A DNA stretch of 64,000 nt, from positions 81,863-145,862 of IMG/VR virus record IMGVR_UViG_3300045988_118370; one strand, 5' to 3'. Source of the DNA: a virus. Shown here piece after piece: positions 46,661 to 56,437 of this stretch; positions within the stretch are counted from its first letter, which is position 1, and each line of letters begins with the position of its first letter. The translations under genes and the position numbers were made by a program. The notes beneath the pieces were generated by a model. It had not been told where the DNA came from. It was given only the letters and a program-made list of their open reading frames with translations, and did no database searches.

Positions 46661-46969
46661 TTAGCAATAGGCCAGATTCCCGCGCGCCCAGCCATATACG
46701 CTGATTTGATTGCACGCCTTGCCGATTTCAAGTGCCTGCTTCTTGGTCTGCACTCTCTTGGACTTGTCAACATAATAGATGCCGTTCGCAAGCCACACAC
46801 CGCAGTTTCCGCCGAAGTCCTTGACCGCATTGATAGCTTCGCGGGCGGTCTTACACTCAACGCCGTTGGTAGCGACCTGCCAGCCGGACTTGTAGTTGAC
46901 TTTCTTGCCATATTTGAGAGTCATGCCGTCGTTTTCAGCGAGTTTGAGAATAGAACGAATGTTAATCAT
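46661..46969 (-). CDS. hypothetical protein (102 aa)
   Basis: ORF. The alternative-frame ORF 46558..46911 is rejected. Confidence 0.5.
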   Translation of the reverse strand: MINIRSILKLAENDGMTLKYGKKVNYKSGWQVATNGVECKTAREAINAVKDFGGNCGVWLANGIYYVDKSKRVQTKKQALEIGKACNQISVYGWARGNLAYC

Positions 46970-47059
46970 GTTGTAAATCCCTTTCCGGTTTGGTAGGTTT
47001 TCCTTCCCTTACTGTGATTATAGTATAGCACCGATTCGGGATTCTGTCTATTGACACTT

Positions 47060-47220
47060 TGCACAAAAATTTGCCCCAAAAATTTGTTGAATCTGCCTAT
47101 TGACAAAAACTCGGCGCGCCAGGTCCGTTCGCGCGCCGGCCGATTATACCACAAAATTTTGAAATTGTCAATAGGTAAAATGCACAAAAAAATCTTCCCA
47201 TTTTTGGGGAGATTTTCATT
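47060..47220. promoter_or_regulatory. cassette copy 6
   Basis: TTGACA 47099-47104, then hairpin cggcgcgccaggtccgttcgcgcgccg. Revcomp promoter TTGACAATTTCAAAATTTTGTGGTATAAT. Terminator tcttcccatttttggggaga. Confidence 0.65.
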
Positions 47221-47228
47221 TTTATTTT

Positions 47229-47468
47229 TTAGCCATCAACATAAACGATAAGAACATCATCTTTGGCTTTCAAACCGCTGACAGGCAATCCCAGCACCCA
47301 TTCTTCGCTTACGCCCAAAACCTCACCATTCAGAGTCATGCGACCTTTGCGGTCTTTGAGGTAGCGCCCGCAAGTGTTTTCATTTATCACTTCGATGCCG
47401 TTCCCCTCATAGAACATCAGCGCGCCCTTTACCAGACCAATCACATTTTTAACCATGCCCAAAGTCAT
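47229..47468 (-). CDS. hypothetical protein (about 79 aa)
   Basis: Internal ATG MTLGMVKNV with RBS AAAGAGGTTGACAAA. Confidence 0.4.
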   Translation of the reverse strand: MTLGMVKNVIGLVKGALMFYEGNGIEVINENTCGRYLKDRKGRMTLNGEVLGVSEEWVLGLPVSGLKAKDDVLIVYVDG

Positions 47469-47598
47469 TTTGTCAACCTCTTTCGTTTTTAATGTCGTTC
47501 CCCTTGGAACAATTATAGTATAACATGAGCTATAATAAAAGTCAATAGGCAAAATGTATAAAAACTCGGCAGGATTTTGTATGTCCTGCCGAGTTTTT

Positions 47599-47790
47599 TT
47601 AGTTCAAACTCTCGATGACTTCGCCGGTCAGTGCGTCGATAACATCGACCGAAACAACGTTGTCCGCGTCGATGAACTTCTTTGCAAGGATACAAGCGTT
47701 TTCCCGCCCGAACACCGGAATTTCATGGCGATAATAGAATACATCGCTTGCCTTGTAGTTGTAGTAGTTGATAGAAACATTAAATAACAT
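47599..47790 (-). CDS. hypothetical protein (63 aa)
   Basis: ORF. Confidence 0.45.
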   Translation of the reverse strand: MLFNVSINYYNYKASDVFYYRHEIPVFGRENACILAKKFIDADNVVSVDVIDALTGEVIESLN

Positions 47791-47895
47791 TTGGTTTATC
47801 CCCTTTCCTTTTATATTCTTATTATACCATAGATTCGGGATTTGTCAATAGTTTTTTTGAAAAAAGTTTGAAAAAAAATAAGAGCGTTTCCGCCC

Positions 47896-48150
47896 TTATT
47901 TCTCATAAACGATAATGTTGTTGCCTAACTTTTCAACGCGAGAATCTTCACAAAAGTGATAGGTGAAGTCCGCTGAAAGATGTTTGAGAAATTCGCGTCT
48001 CCATTCGCGGGACTTCGGCTCTAATTCAAAGAGAATGTAAAGCGTTTCCTCTAACCGGTCGAGAAAGTTTTCAGTGTCCGCGATGTTGAATTTGCCCGCG
48101 AGCTTCGGAGCAGAAGAAGTGCCAATAATAAGAATGTTGTAAGTAGTCAT
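47896..48150 (-). CDS. hypothetical protein (about 84 aa)
   Basis: Internal ATG MTTYNILIIG with RBS GAAAGGGGATAAAAACC. The longer track ORF reads through the leader and promoter. Confidence 0.4.
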   Translation of the reverse strand: MTTYNILIIGTSSAPKLAGKFNIADTENFLDRLEETLYILFELEPKSREWRREFLKHLSADFTYHFCEDSRVEKLGNNIIVYEK

Positions 48151-48251
48151 GGTTTTTATCCCCTTTCTTATTGTATCTACATTATAACATTTGCTTCTGG
48201 ATTTGTCAAGAGTTTTTATAAAAAAATAAGGGCTTTTTTCAGCCTTTATTC

Positions 48252-48413
48252 TTAGCACTTGACCCACGTGTTGACTAACTTCCGCTCAATGGTCGCGGGC
48301 TTCGTCAGAGTGTTTGCATACGCCTGCGCTTCTTTCTTAGTCTTAAAGTAAGTCGGCAGGTAATAGCCAAGGCGAGCGCTGTAATTATCTTCGGTGTAAA
48401 CTCTGTATTTCAT
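48252..48413 (-). CDS. small protein (about 53 aa)
   Basis: ATG with RBS GAAAGGGGAAAACAAAAG. Confidence 0.35.
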   Translation of the reverse strand: MKYRVYTEDNYSARLGYYLPTYFKTKKEAQAYANTLTKPATIERKLVNTWVKC

Positions 48414-48509
48414 CTTTTGTTTTCCCCTTTCTTTACTGTAATTATAGTATAGCACTTACTTCTGGATTTGTCAAGGGCTTTTATAAAAAAATTAAGGGCT
48501 AAAAAGCCC

Positions 48510-48671
48510 TTAATTTAACACCGCGACGACCTCGCCGTTCATGCAGGCGTGGACATCGAACTCCACGCCCTTATAGGTGTCGGAGTAAAGATACGTCCAG
48601 TCATCGCCGAGGACATAGGCCAGGGGCTTGACAGGAAGAACGCCGTCGAGAAGAGTCTTGATAGTAGTCAT
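48510..48671 (-). CDS. small protein (about 53 aa)
   Basis: ATG with RBS GAAAGGTTAATTCA. Confidence 0.35.
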   Translation of the reverse strand: MTTIKTLLDGVLPVKPLAYVLGDDWTYLYSDTYKGVEFDVHACMNGEVVAVLN

Positions 48672-48779
48672 TGAATTAACCTTTCTGGTGTTTGGGATTT
48701 TCCTTTCCCTTTCTGATATTATAATACCACAGACCGCAAAGAATGTCAAGTGTTTTTTTCAAAAAAAAAGAGAAGTTTT

Positions 48780-48902
48780 TCAACTTCTCTTTCTACGGCG
48801 AATCGCTCTCTTTACGCGGTGCTCCACGTATTCGATGAGCGCACCCGCGCCGATAACACCGACATAGATAGCGAGAAGAACAAGACCATCGTGAGTAGAC
48901 AT
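48780..48902 (-). CDS. membrane micro-protein (about 40 aa)
   Basis: ATG with RBS GAAAGAGGTAAATCAA. One TM helix and a basic tail. Confidence 0.3.
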   Translation of the reverse strand: MSTHDGLVLLAIYVGVIGAGALIEYVEHRVKRAIRRRKRS

Positions 48903-48981
48903 TTGATTTACCTCTTTCTTTCTTTTGATGTATTCATTATACCAGACAAAGGGGCTTTTGTCAAGCCCCTTTTTTATTTTT

Positions 48982-49200
48982 TTACAGTTCTTTTCCAACC
49001 TTAACAAATACGATTTTCTCCGGTAAGACTTCGATGCCCTTAATGCCCGCTTCATTGACTTCCTTGTTCGTGCAAGTCCACCCAAACTCATCTAATGCGT
49101 CCCATTCATCGTTCCCGCTGGGAGTCCAAGTGTTGAATCCATCATCAATCATCACGTCATAGCCCTTGCTGTAAGTCTCCATAATCTGTTCGATAGTCAT
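48982..49200 (-). CDS. hypothetical protein (about 72 aa)
   Basis: ATG MTIEQIMETY with RBS GGAAAGGGGAATACAACAA. Confidence 0.4.
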   Translation of the reverse strand: MTIEQIMETYSKGYDVMIDDGFNTWTPSGNDEWDALDEFGWTCTNKEVNEAGIKGIEVLPEKIVFVKVGKEL

Positions 49201-49383
49201 TTGTTGTATTCCCCTTTCCTTTGATGATACTATTATAGCATTTCGGGATAGGAATGTCAAGTGGTTTTTGGCAAAAAATGGAAAAAATTTTGCTTTAACG
49301 CTTTACTGTGGTAAAGTTCGGGCTGGGACGCCCTACACGCGCACTACGGCGCAAGAGAAAGAGCGGGAAGCCCGCTCCCGCCC

Positions 49384-49593
49384 TTAATACATTTCGCTAT
49401 TGGGTTCAACTGTGAAATACTCGACATTCCGCAAGTCGAGCTTGCCATAGGATTTGTCATTATACATTGTAGCACCTGTCGCGAGTAAGTCATTCATCTT
49501 ACCTGCAATCTCCATAGCGCGCTGTTCCTCGAACGCCTGCTGGAAGAGATAGCCCTGACCGCCCTTAGTGTAATAAACAATGCCGTAAATCAT
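49384..49593 (-). CDS. hypothetical protein (69 aa)
   Basis: ORF. Confidence 0.45.
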   Translation of the reverse strand: MIYGIVYYTKGGQGYLFQQAFEEQRAMEIAGKMNDLLATGATMYNDKSYGKLDLRNVEYFTVEPNSEMY

Positions 49594-49724
49594 TTTTCAT
49601 TCCCCTTTCCTTTTGTGATTATAGAATACCACACTCTAACTGATTTGTCAAGACCTTTTTGAGAAAAAATCTTTGTTAATTTTTTAACAATCTACGCCGT
49701 TGGAAAGAGAGCATTACTGCTCCC

Positions 49725-50015
49725 TTATTCTGCGTAAAGACTTATCAATTCATTTATCTTTTCAATGGCTTCATCAATGTCATCGAGGTAGTTGTCTGCT
49801 AACATACTTGCATGGCTGGCTTCCTCGTAATCATCATACGCGTCGCTGAGTTCCTGTGTGCCAAACTTGTCTGCCTGTTCGAGTGCATCTACCTCGTGCC
49901 ATGCCCTCGACATCTCACCACGCTTAACCTGACAGTCGCGGAACGCCTGCTTGCTTTCGTTCATTAAACGTTCCTTTTCTGCTTTGAGAGCCTTGTAAAA
50001 ATCCTGATTAGTCAT
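49725..50015 (-). CDS. hypothetical acidic protein (about 96 aa)
   Basis: ATG MTNQDFYKAL with RBS GAAAGGGGAATACTCAA. Confidence 0.4.
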   Translation of the reverse strand: MTNQDFYKALKAEKERLMNESKQAFRDCQVKRGEMSRAWHEVDALEQADKFGTQELSDAYDDYEEASHASMLADNYLDDIDEAIEKINELISLYAE

Positions 50016-50144
50016 TTGAGTATTCCCCTTTCTTATTGTATCTACATTGTAGCACATTACCGCGCATTTGTCAAGACCTTTTTTACTCTTCTCTGCTTGT
50101 TAATTTTTTAACAATCTTCGCCGATCCGCAAGAAAGAGAGAGAC

Positions 50145-50507
50145 TTAATAAGCCTCTCTCCATACCTTAATGATTGTATCATCTTCCACAGTATCAGTGT
50201 CATTGTCGTTAATCCACAAGAGCAAGAAGTCGTTGTCATCAATGTTGAGTGCTTCCACGTTCCACAGGTTGTCCTGCTCATCAATGAGCGTCAGGGTATC
50301 GTCTTCGCGTGCGTAGACCTCTGCGCCGACGAAACGAATGCTTCCGCGCTCCGTACCTGCACCGCACCAATTCTCAATGACCGAGAGGTCGTAGGACTGG
50401 GGTGCTTCCTCACAGGCTTCCGCCGTTGTGTGGTCGTGGAATCCGAAGAAAGACACGGAAAGAATGATGGCAATGGCCATGGTGATGATTTTGGAAACGT
50501 TCTTCAT
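50145..50507 (-). CDS. secreted or exported protein (120 aa)
   Basis: N-terminal signal-like MKNVSKIITMAIAIILSVSFFGF. Confidence 0.5.
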   Translation of the reverse strand: MKNVSKIITMAIAIILSVSFFGFHDHTTAEACEEAPQSYDLSVIENWCGAGTERGSIRFVGAEVYAREDDTLTLIDEQDNLWNVEALNIDDNDFLLLWINDNDTDTVEDDTIIKVWREAY

Positions 50508-50879
50508 TTTGATTTACCTCTTTCTTTTTGATGATACAAGTATAGCACATGACTACTGGATTGTCAATAGTCATTTTGCACAAATGTGATGGCGTAGTTT
50601 CGGGTATTTTGACTATTGTGCATTATGACGAAGTTTCGGCGAGAAATTTGTGCAAACTGCTGATTTTTATAAAATTCGGCTCGCCACTACCGCCAGCGAG
50701 CCGAGCAACGTTTACCGGGGTGTTTGTGCGGGATGGCATCGTGCGTTCCGCAAAAGAGCGAGAGTAAGGCTGGTATACTCTCAGAGAATAAACGAGTTAG
50801 AACCTTATGGATGGGGGTGTATTTCGGGAAAAAATTTTTTTTGATTTGTGTTTTTTCTTTTGCGTGGACAAAACACAGT

Positions 50880-50965
50880 CTAAATCAATTTTCAATTTCA
50901 AAATACGATTTAAAACAACAAATCAATTTTCAATTTCAAATTACGAAGAATAATTTTCGATTTTA
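50880..50965. repeat. two tandem ~38-bp repeats (aaatcaattttcaatttcaaaNtacga...)
   Basis: Direct repeat in the gene-free 50.5-51.06 kb region. Confidence 0.6.
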
Positions 50966-51064
50966 AATCACGACTTCTTTTTTCTACCTCTTTTAGGTTT
51001 TTCACCCCACATAAGAGTGTATAATCCAGAAGTAGCAGAATAAGTAGCTTTCTGCTGATACTTT

Positions 51065-51460
51065 TTAGCAACTGCCTTCAAGGGACTGAGTGGTTTCCGC
51101 ATTTAATTTTTCCTCCATACATTTGATTAATTTATCTTTATATTTACAACTATTAATATACCTATTAATAGTATTTATATCATATTTTTCCATTAAATGT
51201 TCCAATACATATTTGTATTTATTCAACTGATATTCTTCTTGTTCTTCTTTGGTGCTTAATTGAGCCTTTTCCGCGTCTGATAAAGGTCTGTAAGTAATCG
51301 TTCTTGACCCATTATCCTTTTGCTCAATACGTATTGTTTTAAATAATTTCCAATCTCTTACAAAAGGGTCTTTATCTCTTGTAGTGTTAAAATATTCTTG
51401 TTCTAATCTAAATATTACTGCGTCTATCCCTCTTACTTCAAAAGGCTGGTTCCGCCTCAT
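51065..51460 (-). CDS. hypothetical protein (about 131 aa)
   Basis: Start MRRNQPFEV with RBS GGGAGGA 9 nt upstream, overlapping the end of the upstream gene. Confidence 0.4.
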   Translation of the reverse strand: MRRNQPFEVRGIDAVIFRLEQEYFNTTRDKDPFVRDWKLFKTIRIEQKDNGSRTITYRPLSDAEKAQLSTKEEQEEYQLNKYKYVLEHLMEKYDINTINRYINSCKYKDKLIKCMEEKLNAETTQSLEGSC

Positions 51461-51830
51461 CTTCAATATCCTCCCATTCAAATGTTCCATCATCTAATTC
51501 ATATACAAATGCTTGTTTATAGAATGATGAAACAATTCTATCATTTGTAATTCCTTTTGGACTATTTTTTGCATCATGAAAACAATTATAAACAATTAAT
51601 CCTTGCGTTTCATATCGCGAAAAATCTACTGCTCTTCCCTCAAAATCATAATTATAAAATATATTTAACAATAGCATACACTCATATTGTGCGATTGGCC
51701 ATTTATTCAATTCTTTTTGCTAATTTGCCATTTTTTGGTATAACACCCAAAAAGCTTTTCTATATAACCATAAAAAAAGGAGTGATGCTACTAATGCACA
51801 ACTCAATAATATAATAAAAATAGTTTCCAT
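51438..51830 (-). CDS. membrane-anchored protein (130 aa) with one in-frame TAG
   Basis: ATG 51830 with RBS GGAGTATTT. N-terminal TM IFIILLSCALVASLLFLWLY. The frame continues through a TAG at about 51721 into the track ORF 51438..51710. First gene of the leftward arm. Confidence 0.4.
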
Positions 51831-51844
51831 AAATACTCCTTTTC

Positions 51845-52010
51845 TTTTTTCTTATAATAATAATAAAATAAAAATAAAGAAATGTCAAGTCGTAGAGTGT
51901 GATTGGGCAAAAGTTATTTGTTTTGTTAAAAAAATTTTTAAATATAAAAAGAAAAAATTTTAAATGAAACTTGACAAAAAAAATTTTTTCGAGTATAATA
52001 TAAATATAGA
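51845..52010. promoter_or_regulatory. divergent promoter pair: leftward TTGACA-N17-TATTAT and rightward TTGACA-N17-TATAAT at the early/late boundary
   Basis: Plus strand: TTGACA 51971-51976, 17-nt spacer, TATAAT 51994-51999, RBS CTGGAGGTAGAAA, ATG 52024. Minus strand: revcomp TTGACATTTCTTTATTTTTATTTTATTAT at about 51855-51890. Confidence 0.6.
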
Positions 52011-52023
52011 CTGGAGGTAGAAA

Positions 52024-53079
52024 ATGATAAAACTTGATTATTCTTTACAAACTCCAGAAGAAAGAAATCAATTAGTCGAACAAATTTTGGCTGATAATCC
52101 AGATCCGCCTGAAAAGTATTTAGAAATTTTAGCAGACTATTTGGTTCTTTGTATGGAGAAACAAGAAAAAAAGGAGAAAAAATTATTAACTGATAATCGT
52201 ATGGCTACAGTTAATAAGCGTGAGACTTCTTTTGAAGGTCTTGTTTCCCAACTCGAAAATGGCGAAGATGGAATTTATAATTTAATTACAGATAATAGAA
52301 ATACAATATTTCAACCACATATTACAATTACAAAAAAAGATTTAGAAGAGATACCAAGTTTAAATTAGTTAAGAGAAGCCATTAATGTTTGGGAGGCTAA
52401 ATTAAAAGTAACAGAAGGCAAAGATGCTTTTGTTATTAAAAAGGCTCTTATTGAAATGCGTAAAGATTAGTATGTTATGAAAAATGCTTATCGTCGTCCA
52501 ATAGTGCCTACAAAATTAACCAGATCAAAGTCTTATATTCCATTAGACGATAAAACATTTATTTTTGATGATGATGGTTTTCCCATTCCTGATGGAATTA
52601 GTTTATTAAGACCTGAAATATGTTCTGCGGTTTTATGTAATTATTCCCGATTAAAGCAAGATAGTTGGGGCGAATATGATAAAGACTTATGGTATTTAAT
52701 GGAGGATTTTGATAAGCTTTGTGATAAAGCTTTAGCTAATTATCCTCTTTATGATAGAATCGTTGAATATAAAATTGATGGTTTACAAAATATTGACATT
52801 CAAGAGAAAATACAAATGGAATTTGGTATTAAACATAGTCTTGAATATATTTCAAGTTTATGGCGTAATAAAATTCCAAAATTAATTGCTTCGACTGCGG
52901 AAGATGAATATTTAGATAATTATTATTTAAATGTTGAAAAAGGTAAATATAAAAAATGTAGTCGTTGTGGTAAAATAAAATTAGCTCATAATAAATATTT
53001 TAGTAAAAATAAAACAAGTAAAGATGGCTTTTATAGTATTTGTAAAAGTTGTCGAAATTCTAAGGTCAAAAAATCTTAA
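52024..53079 (+). CDS. hypothetical late protein (351 aa) with 2 in-frame TAG; C-terminal zinc-ribbon
   Basis: Track fragments 52024..52368 and 52477..53079 are in one frame, joined through TAG 52366 and TAG 52468. CSRCGK...CKSCR at the C-terminus. Confidence 0.6.
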
Positions 53080-53128
53080 TATTGTCCTTTTGTTTATAAT
53101 AAATAATTGAAAGGAGAATTTTTTATTT

Positions 53129-54028
53129 ATGGCTGAAACATATTATTGCGAAAAATGTAATCGCACAATGAATGGCACAGAATTTTATTCATCTAATAAT
53201 TTAGAAAAATATCCTAATGATGGTAAATTTCCTGTGTGCAAAAAATGTATGACAATGCACGTTGATAATTGGAATCCAGATACTTATTTATGGATTTTAC
53301 AAGAAGCGGATGTTCCTTATGTTCCAGATGAATGGAATAAATTAATGGAAAAATATGGACGCGATCCGCAGTCTATGACCGGTATGACAATTCTTGGACG
53401 TTATTTGTCAAAAATGAAACTCAAATAGTTTAAAGATTATCGTTGGAAAGATACAGAATTTTTACAGTAGATGGCAAATAATAAATTAGAGCAAACTATG
53501 AAACGTCAAGGGTATGATGCTCAATAGATTGCAACCGCTATTGAAAAAAGTTCTATCACTATTCCAGAAGGAGAACTAAAAGAGCCGGTTTACGCTCCAC
53601 CACCCAATGCCCCTACGGAAGATTATTTCGCACAATAGAGCGGTGAAGTGGAACAAGAATTAGACTTAACTGATGAAGACCGCACTTATTTAAGACTTAA
53701 ATGGGGCAAAACTTATAAACCTGAAGAATGGGTTAAACTTGAATAGTTATATGAAGAAATGATGGCTTCTTATGATATTCAAGGCGCCGGACATAAAGAT
53801 ACGCTAAAATTAATATGTAAGACATCTTTAAAGGCAAATCAATTGATCGATATTGGTGATATTGAAGGTTTCCAAAAGATGAGCAAAGTATACGATAGCT
53901 TGATGAAGTCTGGTAAATTTACCGCTGCTCAAAACAAAGCAGAATCAGGTGAATTTGTTGATTCAATTGGCGAATTAATTGAATTATGTGAAAAAGAAGG
54001 ATATATTGAAAGATATTATGTTGAATAG
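53129..54028 (+). CDS. hypothetical late protein (299 aa) with 5 in-frame TAG; N-terminal zinc-finger
   Basis: Fragments 53129..53428 and 53759..54028 share one frame with no TAA or TGA between them. CEKCNR...CKKCM. RBS GAAAGGAGAA. Confidence 0.6.
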
Positions 54029-54040
54029 CCACATGATAAA

Positions 54041-54316
54041 GTGGATTTAACTATTCAAGATATGCAACGTTATACTCGCACTCTTATCGAAGATGAAACT
54101 AATATTAGCACAATGGTAGAAAAGGCTTTACGCGAAAATGCTAAAGAAGATGAAGAGAAAGCAAAGAACGCGGAAAGCGATATTGTTGATGATGCTGATT
54201 TAAGTATTGAAGAACTTGAAAAAACTATTAAAGATAGTGATTACGCGGATTTTGAGGAATTTAAAGAATAGGAGTCCGCGCAAGATAATGAGTTCTTATA
54301 GGGTTTAGATAAATAA
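54041..54316 (+). CDS. small acidic protein (91 aa) with 2 in-frame TAG
   Basis: ATG 54041. TAA 54314-54316 overlaps the terL start (TAATG). Confidence 0.45.
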
Positions 54317-56055
54317 TGGCATTACAAGATTTACTGTAGTTAAGTGATAGCCGTAGAAAAATAGGTCTATCACCGGAGCGAGTAGAAGCGGTAATGCCCA
54401 CTATCCGCAAATACGTTGCCTTTTGGAGAGAATATCCTGATTTATTTGTAGATTTTATGGTGCGAGGAAGACGCACTGAAATAAAAGATGGAGAATTTAA
54501 TTTTTATTTTTATTAGAGAGTATTTCTCCGTTCTGTTATGCGTTATTAGTATGTTTACGCGGTTTTTCCTCGTGCTTATTCTAAATCATTTTTGTCTGTT
54601 ATGGCATTAATGATTAGATGTATTTTATATCCTGGCGCACATTTGTTTGTTACTTCTGGAGGTAAAGAGCAAGGTGCTAGTATTCTTCATGATAAAGTTC
54701 AAGAAATATGTGAACTTATTCCAAGCTTTAATCGAGAAATTGATTGGAGTCGAGGAAAAACTCTTGAAGGAAAAGATAAAGTTAGATATGTGTTTAAAAA
54801 TGGTTCAGTTTTGGATAACCTCGCAGCCCGTGAAAGCACTCGTGGTCAGCGTCGTCATGGTGGACTAATGGAAGAATGTGTCGGTATTGATGATGCTATT
54901 CTTCGTGAAGTTATTATTCCTGTTATGGCAATTTCTCGTAGAGCTAAAGATGGCACTACCAATGAACAAGAGCCATTAAACAAATCACAAATCTATATTA
55001 CTACTGCTGGTTATAAGGGCACATTCCCTTATGATAGACTTATTGGTTTCTTAGTTCGTATGGTGACTTAGCCCGATCGTTGTATGGTATTAGGTGGAAC
55101 ATGGCGAACTCCTGTTGCGGTAGGATTACAAAGTAAAACATTTATTACTGACCAAAAGAATGAAGGAACTTATAATGAAGCTTCATTCGAACGTGAATAT
55201 GAATCTAAGTGGTCAGGAACTGTTGAGGATGCTTTCTTTAATGGAGAGCATTTTGATAGAAATAGAAAATTATTATAGCCTGAGTATGAAGCTTCTGGAC
55301 GGGCGGGCGCACAAGCTTATTATGTACTTTCTGTAGATGTAGGTCGTAAAGGATGCGATTCAGTAGTTTGTGTATTTAAAGTAACACCACAAGCCCAAGG
55401 TCCAGCTATTAAGTCTTTAGTAAATATGTATACTATGTCAGATGATCATTTTGAAGATTAGGCTATTAAATTAAAGAAATTATTTTATAAATATAAAGCT
55501 AAAACTTTAGTTATAGATGGTAATGGTTTAGGTATTGGACTTTTGGATTATATGGTAAAATCTCAAAATGATGAAGATGGTGAATTTTTACCTGATTTTG
55601 GTGTTGAGAATGATGATGATGGATATTATAAAAAATATCGCACACCAAATACTCAATTTGATGCTATGTATGTTATTAAAGCAAATGCTCCAATAAATAC
55701 TGAATGTCATGCTAATGCTTAGACTCAGTTACAAGCGGGTAAGGTAAAATTCTTAATAGATGAGAGAACAGCTAAAGAAAAATTATTAGCTACTCAAAAA
55801 GGTTCAAAAATGACTCCTGAACAAAGGGCAGATTATTTAAAACCATTTACTTTAACCTCCATATTAAAAGAAGAAATGATGAATTTACGCGAAGAAAATG
55901 AAGGTATTAATATTATTTTAAAATAGGCAAATCGCGGAATTCGTAAAGATAAATTTTCGGCTTTTGAATATGGATTATATTATTTAAAACTTGAAGAAGA
56001 TAAAAAGAAAAAACGTAAAAAGTTTAATGCGGCTGATTGGTGCTTTTTAAATTAA
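54316..56055 (+). CDS. terL: terminase large subunit (579 aa) with 8 in-frame TAG
   Basis: Single frame 54316 to TAA 56053-56055 once TAG is sense; track fragments 54592..55071 and 55084..55278 are in it. ATPase-like FVTSGGKEQGAS and GGLMEECVGID. Nuclease-domain motifs VLSVDVGRKG and LVIDGNGLGIG. Position is just upstream of the putative portal. Confidence 0.7.
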
Positions 56056-56067
56056 GGAGGGTGGAAA

Positions 56068-56424
56068 GTGCGTGCTTCAAGAGGAGAAATTAAAATTGAA
56101 GAAATCTTAGAAGAAGCAGGACTACCTTTTAAAATGGAATACATCTTTCCAGATTTAAAAAGCCCAAGCGGGCGTCCGCTTCGTTTTGATTTTGTTATAT
56201 TTGATGATGATGGAAAAATTGATTTCATTATTGAGTATTAGGGAAAATAGCATTATGAAGCCAGTTCTAAATTTGGTGGAAAGCGCGGTTTATACCAGTA
56301 GCAATATAATGATAATCAAAAAAGACGTTTTTGCGCTTTACATGATTTTAGATTAATAGAGATTCCATATACCGACGAAAACCTTATTTCTTATGATTAT
56401 ATAATGAAATTAGCAGGTTATTAA
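56068..56424 (+). CDS. putative PD-(D/E)xK-type endonuclease-like protein (118 aa) with 3 in-frame TAG; GTG start
   Basis: RBS AAGGAGGGTGGAAA before GTG. Candidate catalytic motif RFDFVIFDDDGKIDFIIEY(TAG)GK(TAG)HY. Wedged between terL and the putative portal. Confidence 0.4.
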
Positions 56425-56437
56425 AGGAGGTGGAACT

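Noticed and set aside
46558-46911. Track ORF 46558..46911(-), 117 aa, R/S/P-rich
   Set aside because: It is an alternative frame of the better-supported 46661..46969 gene. The composition is typical of off-frame translation.
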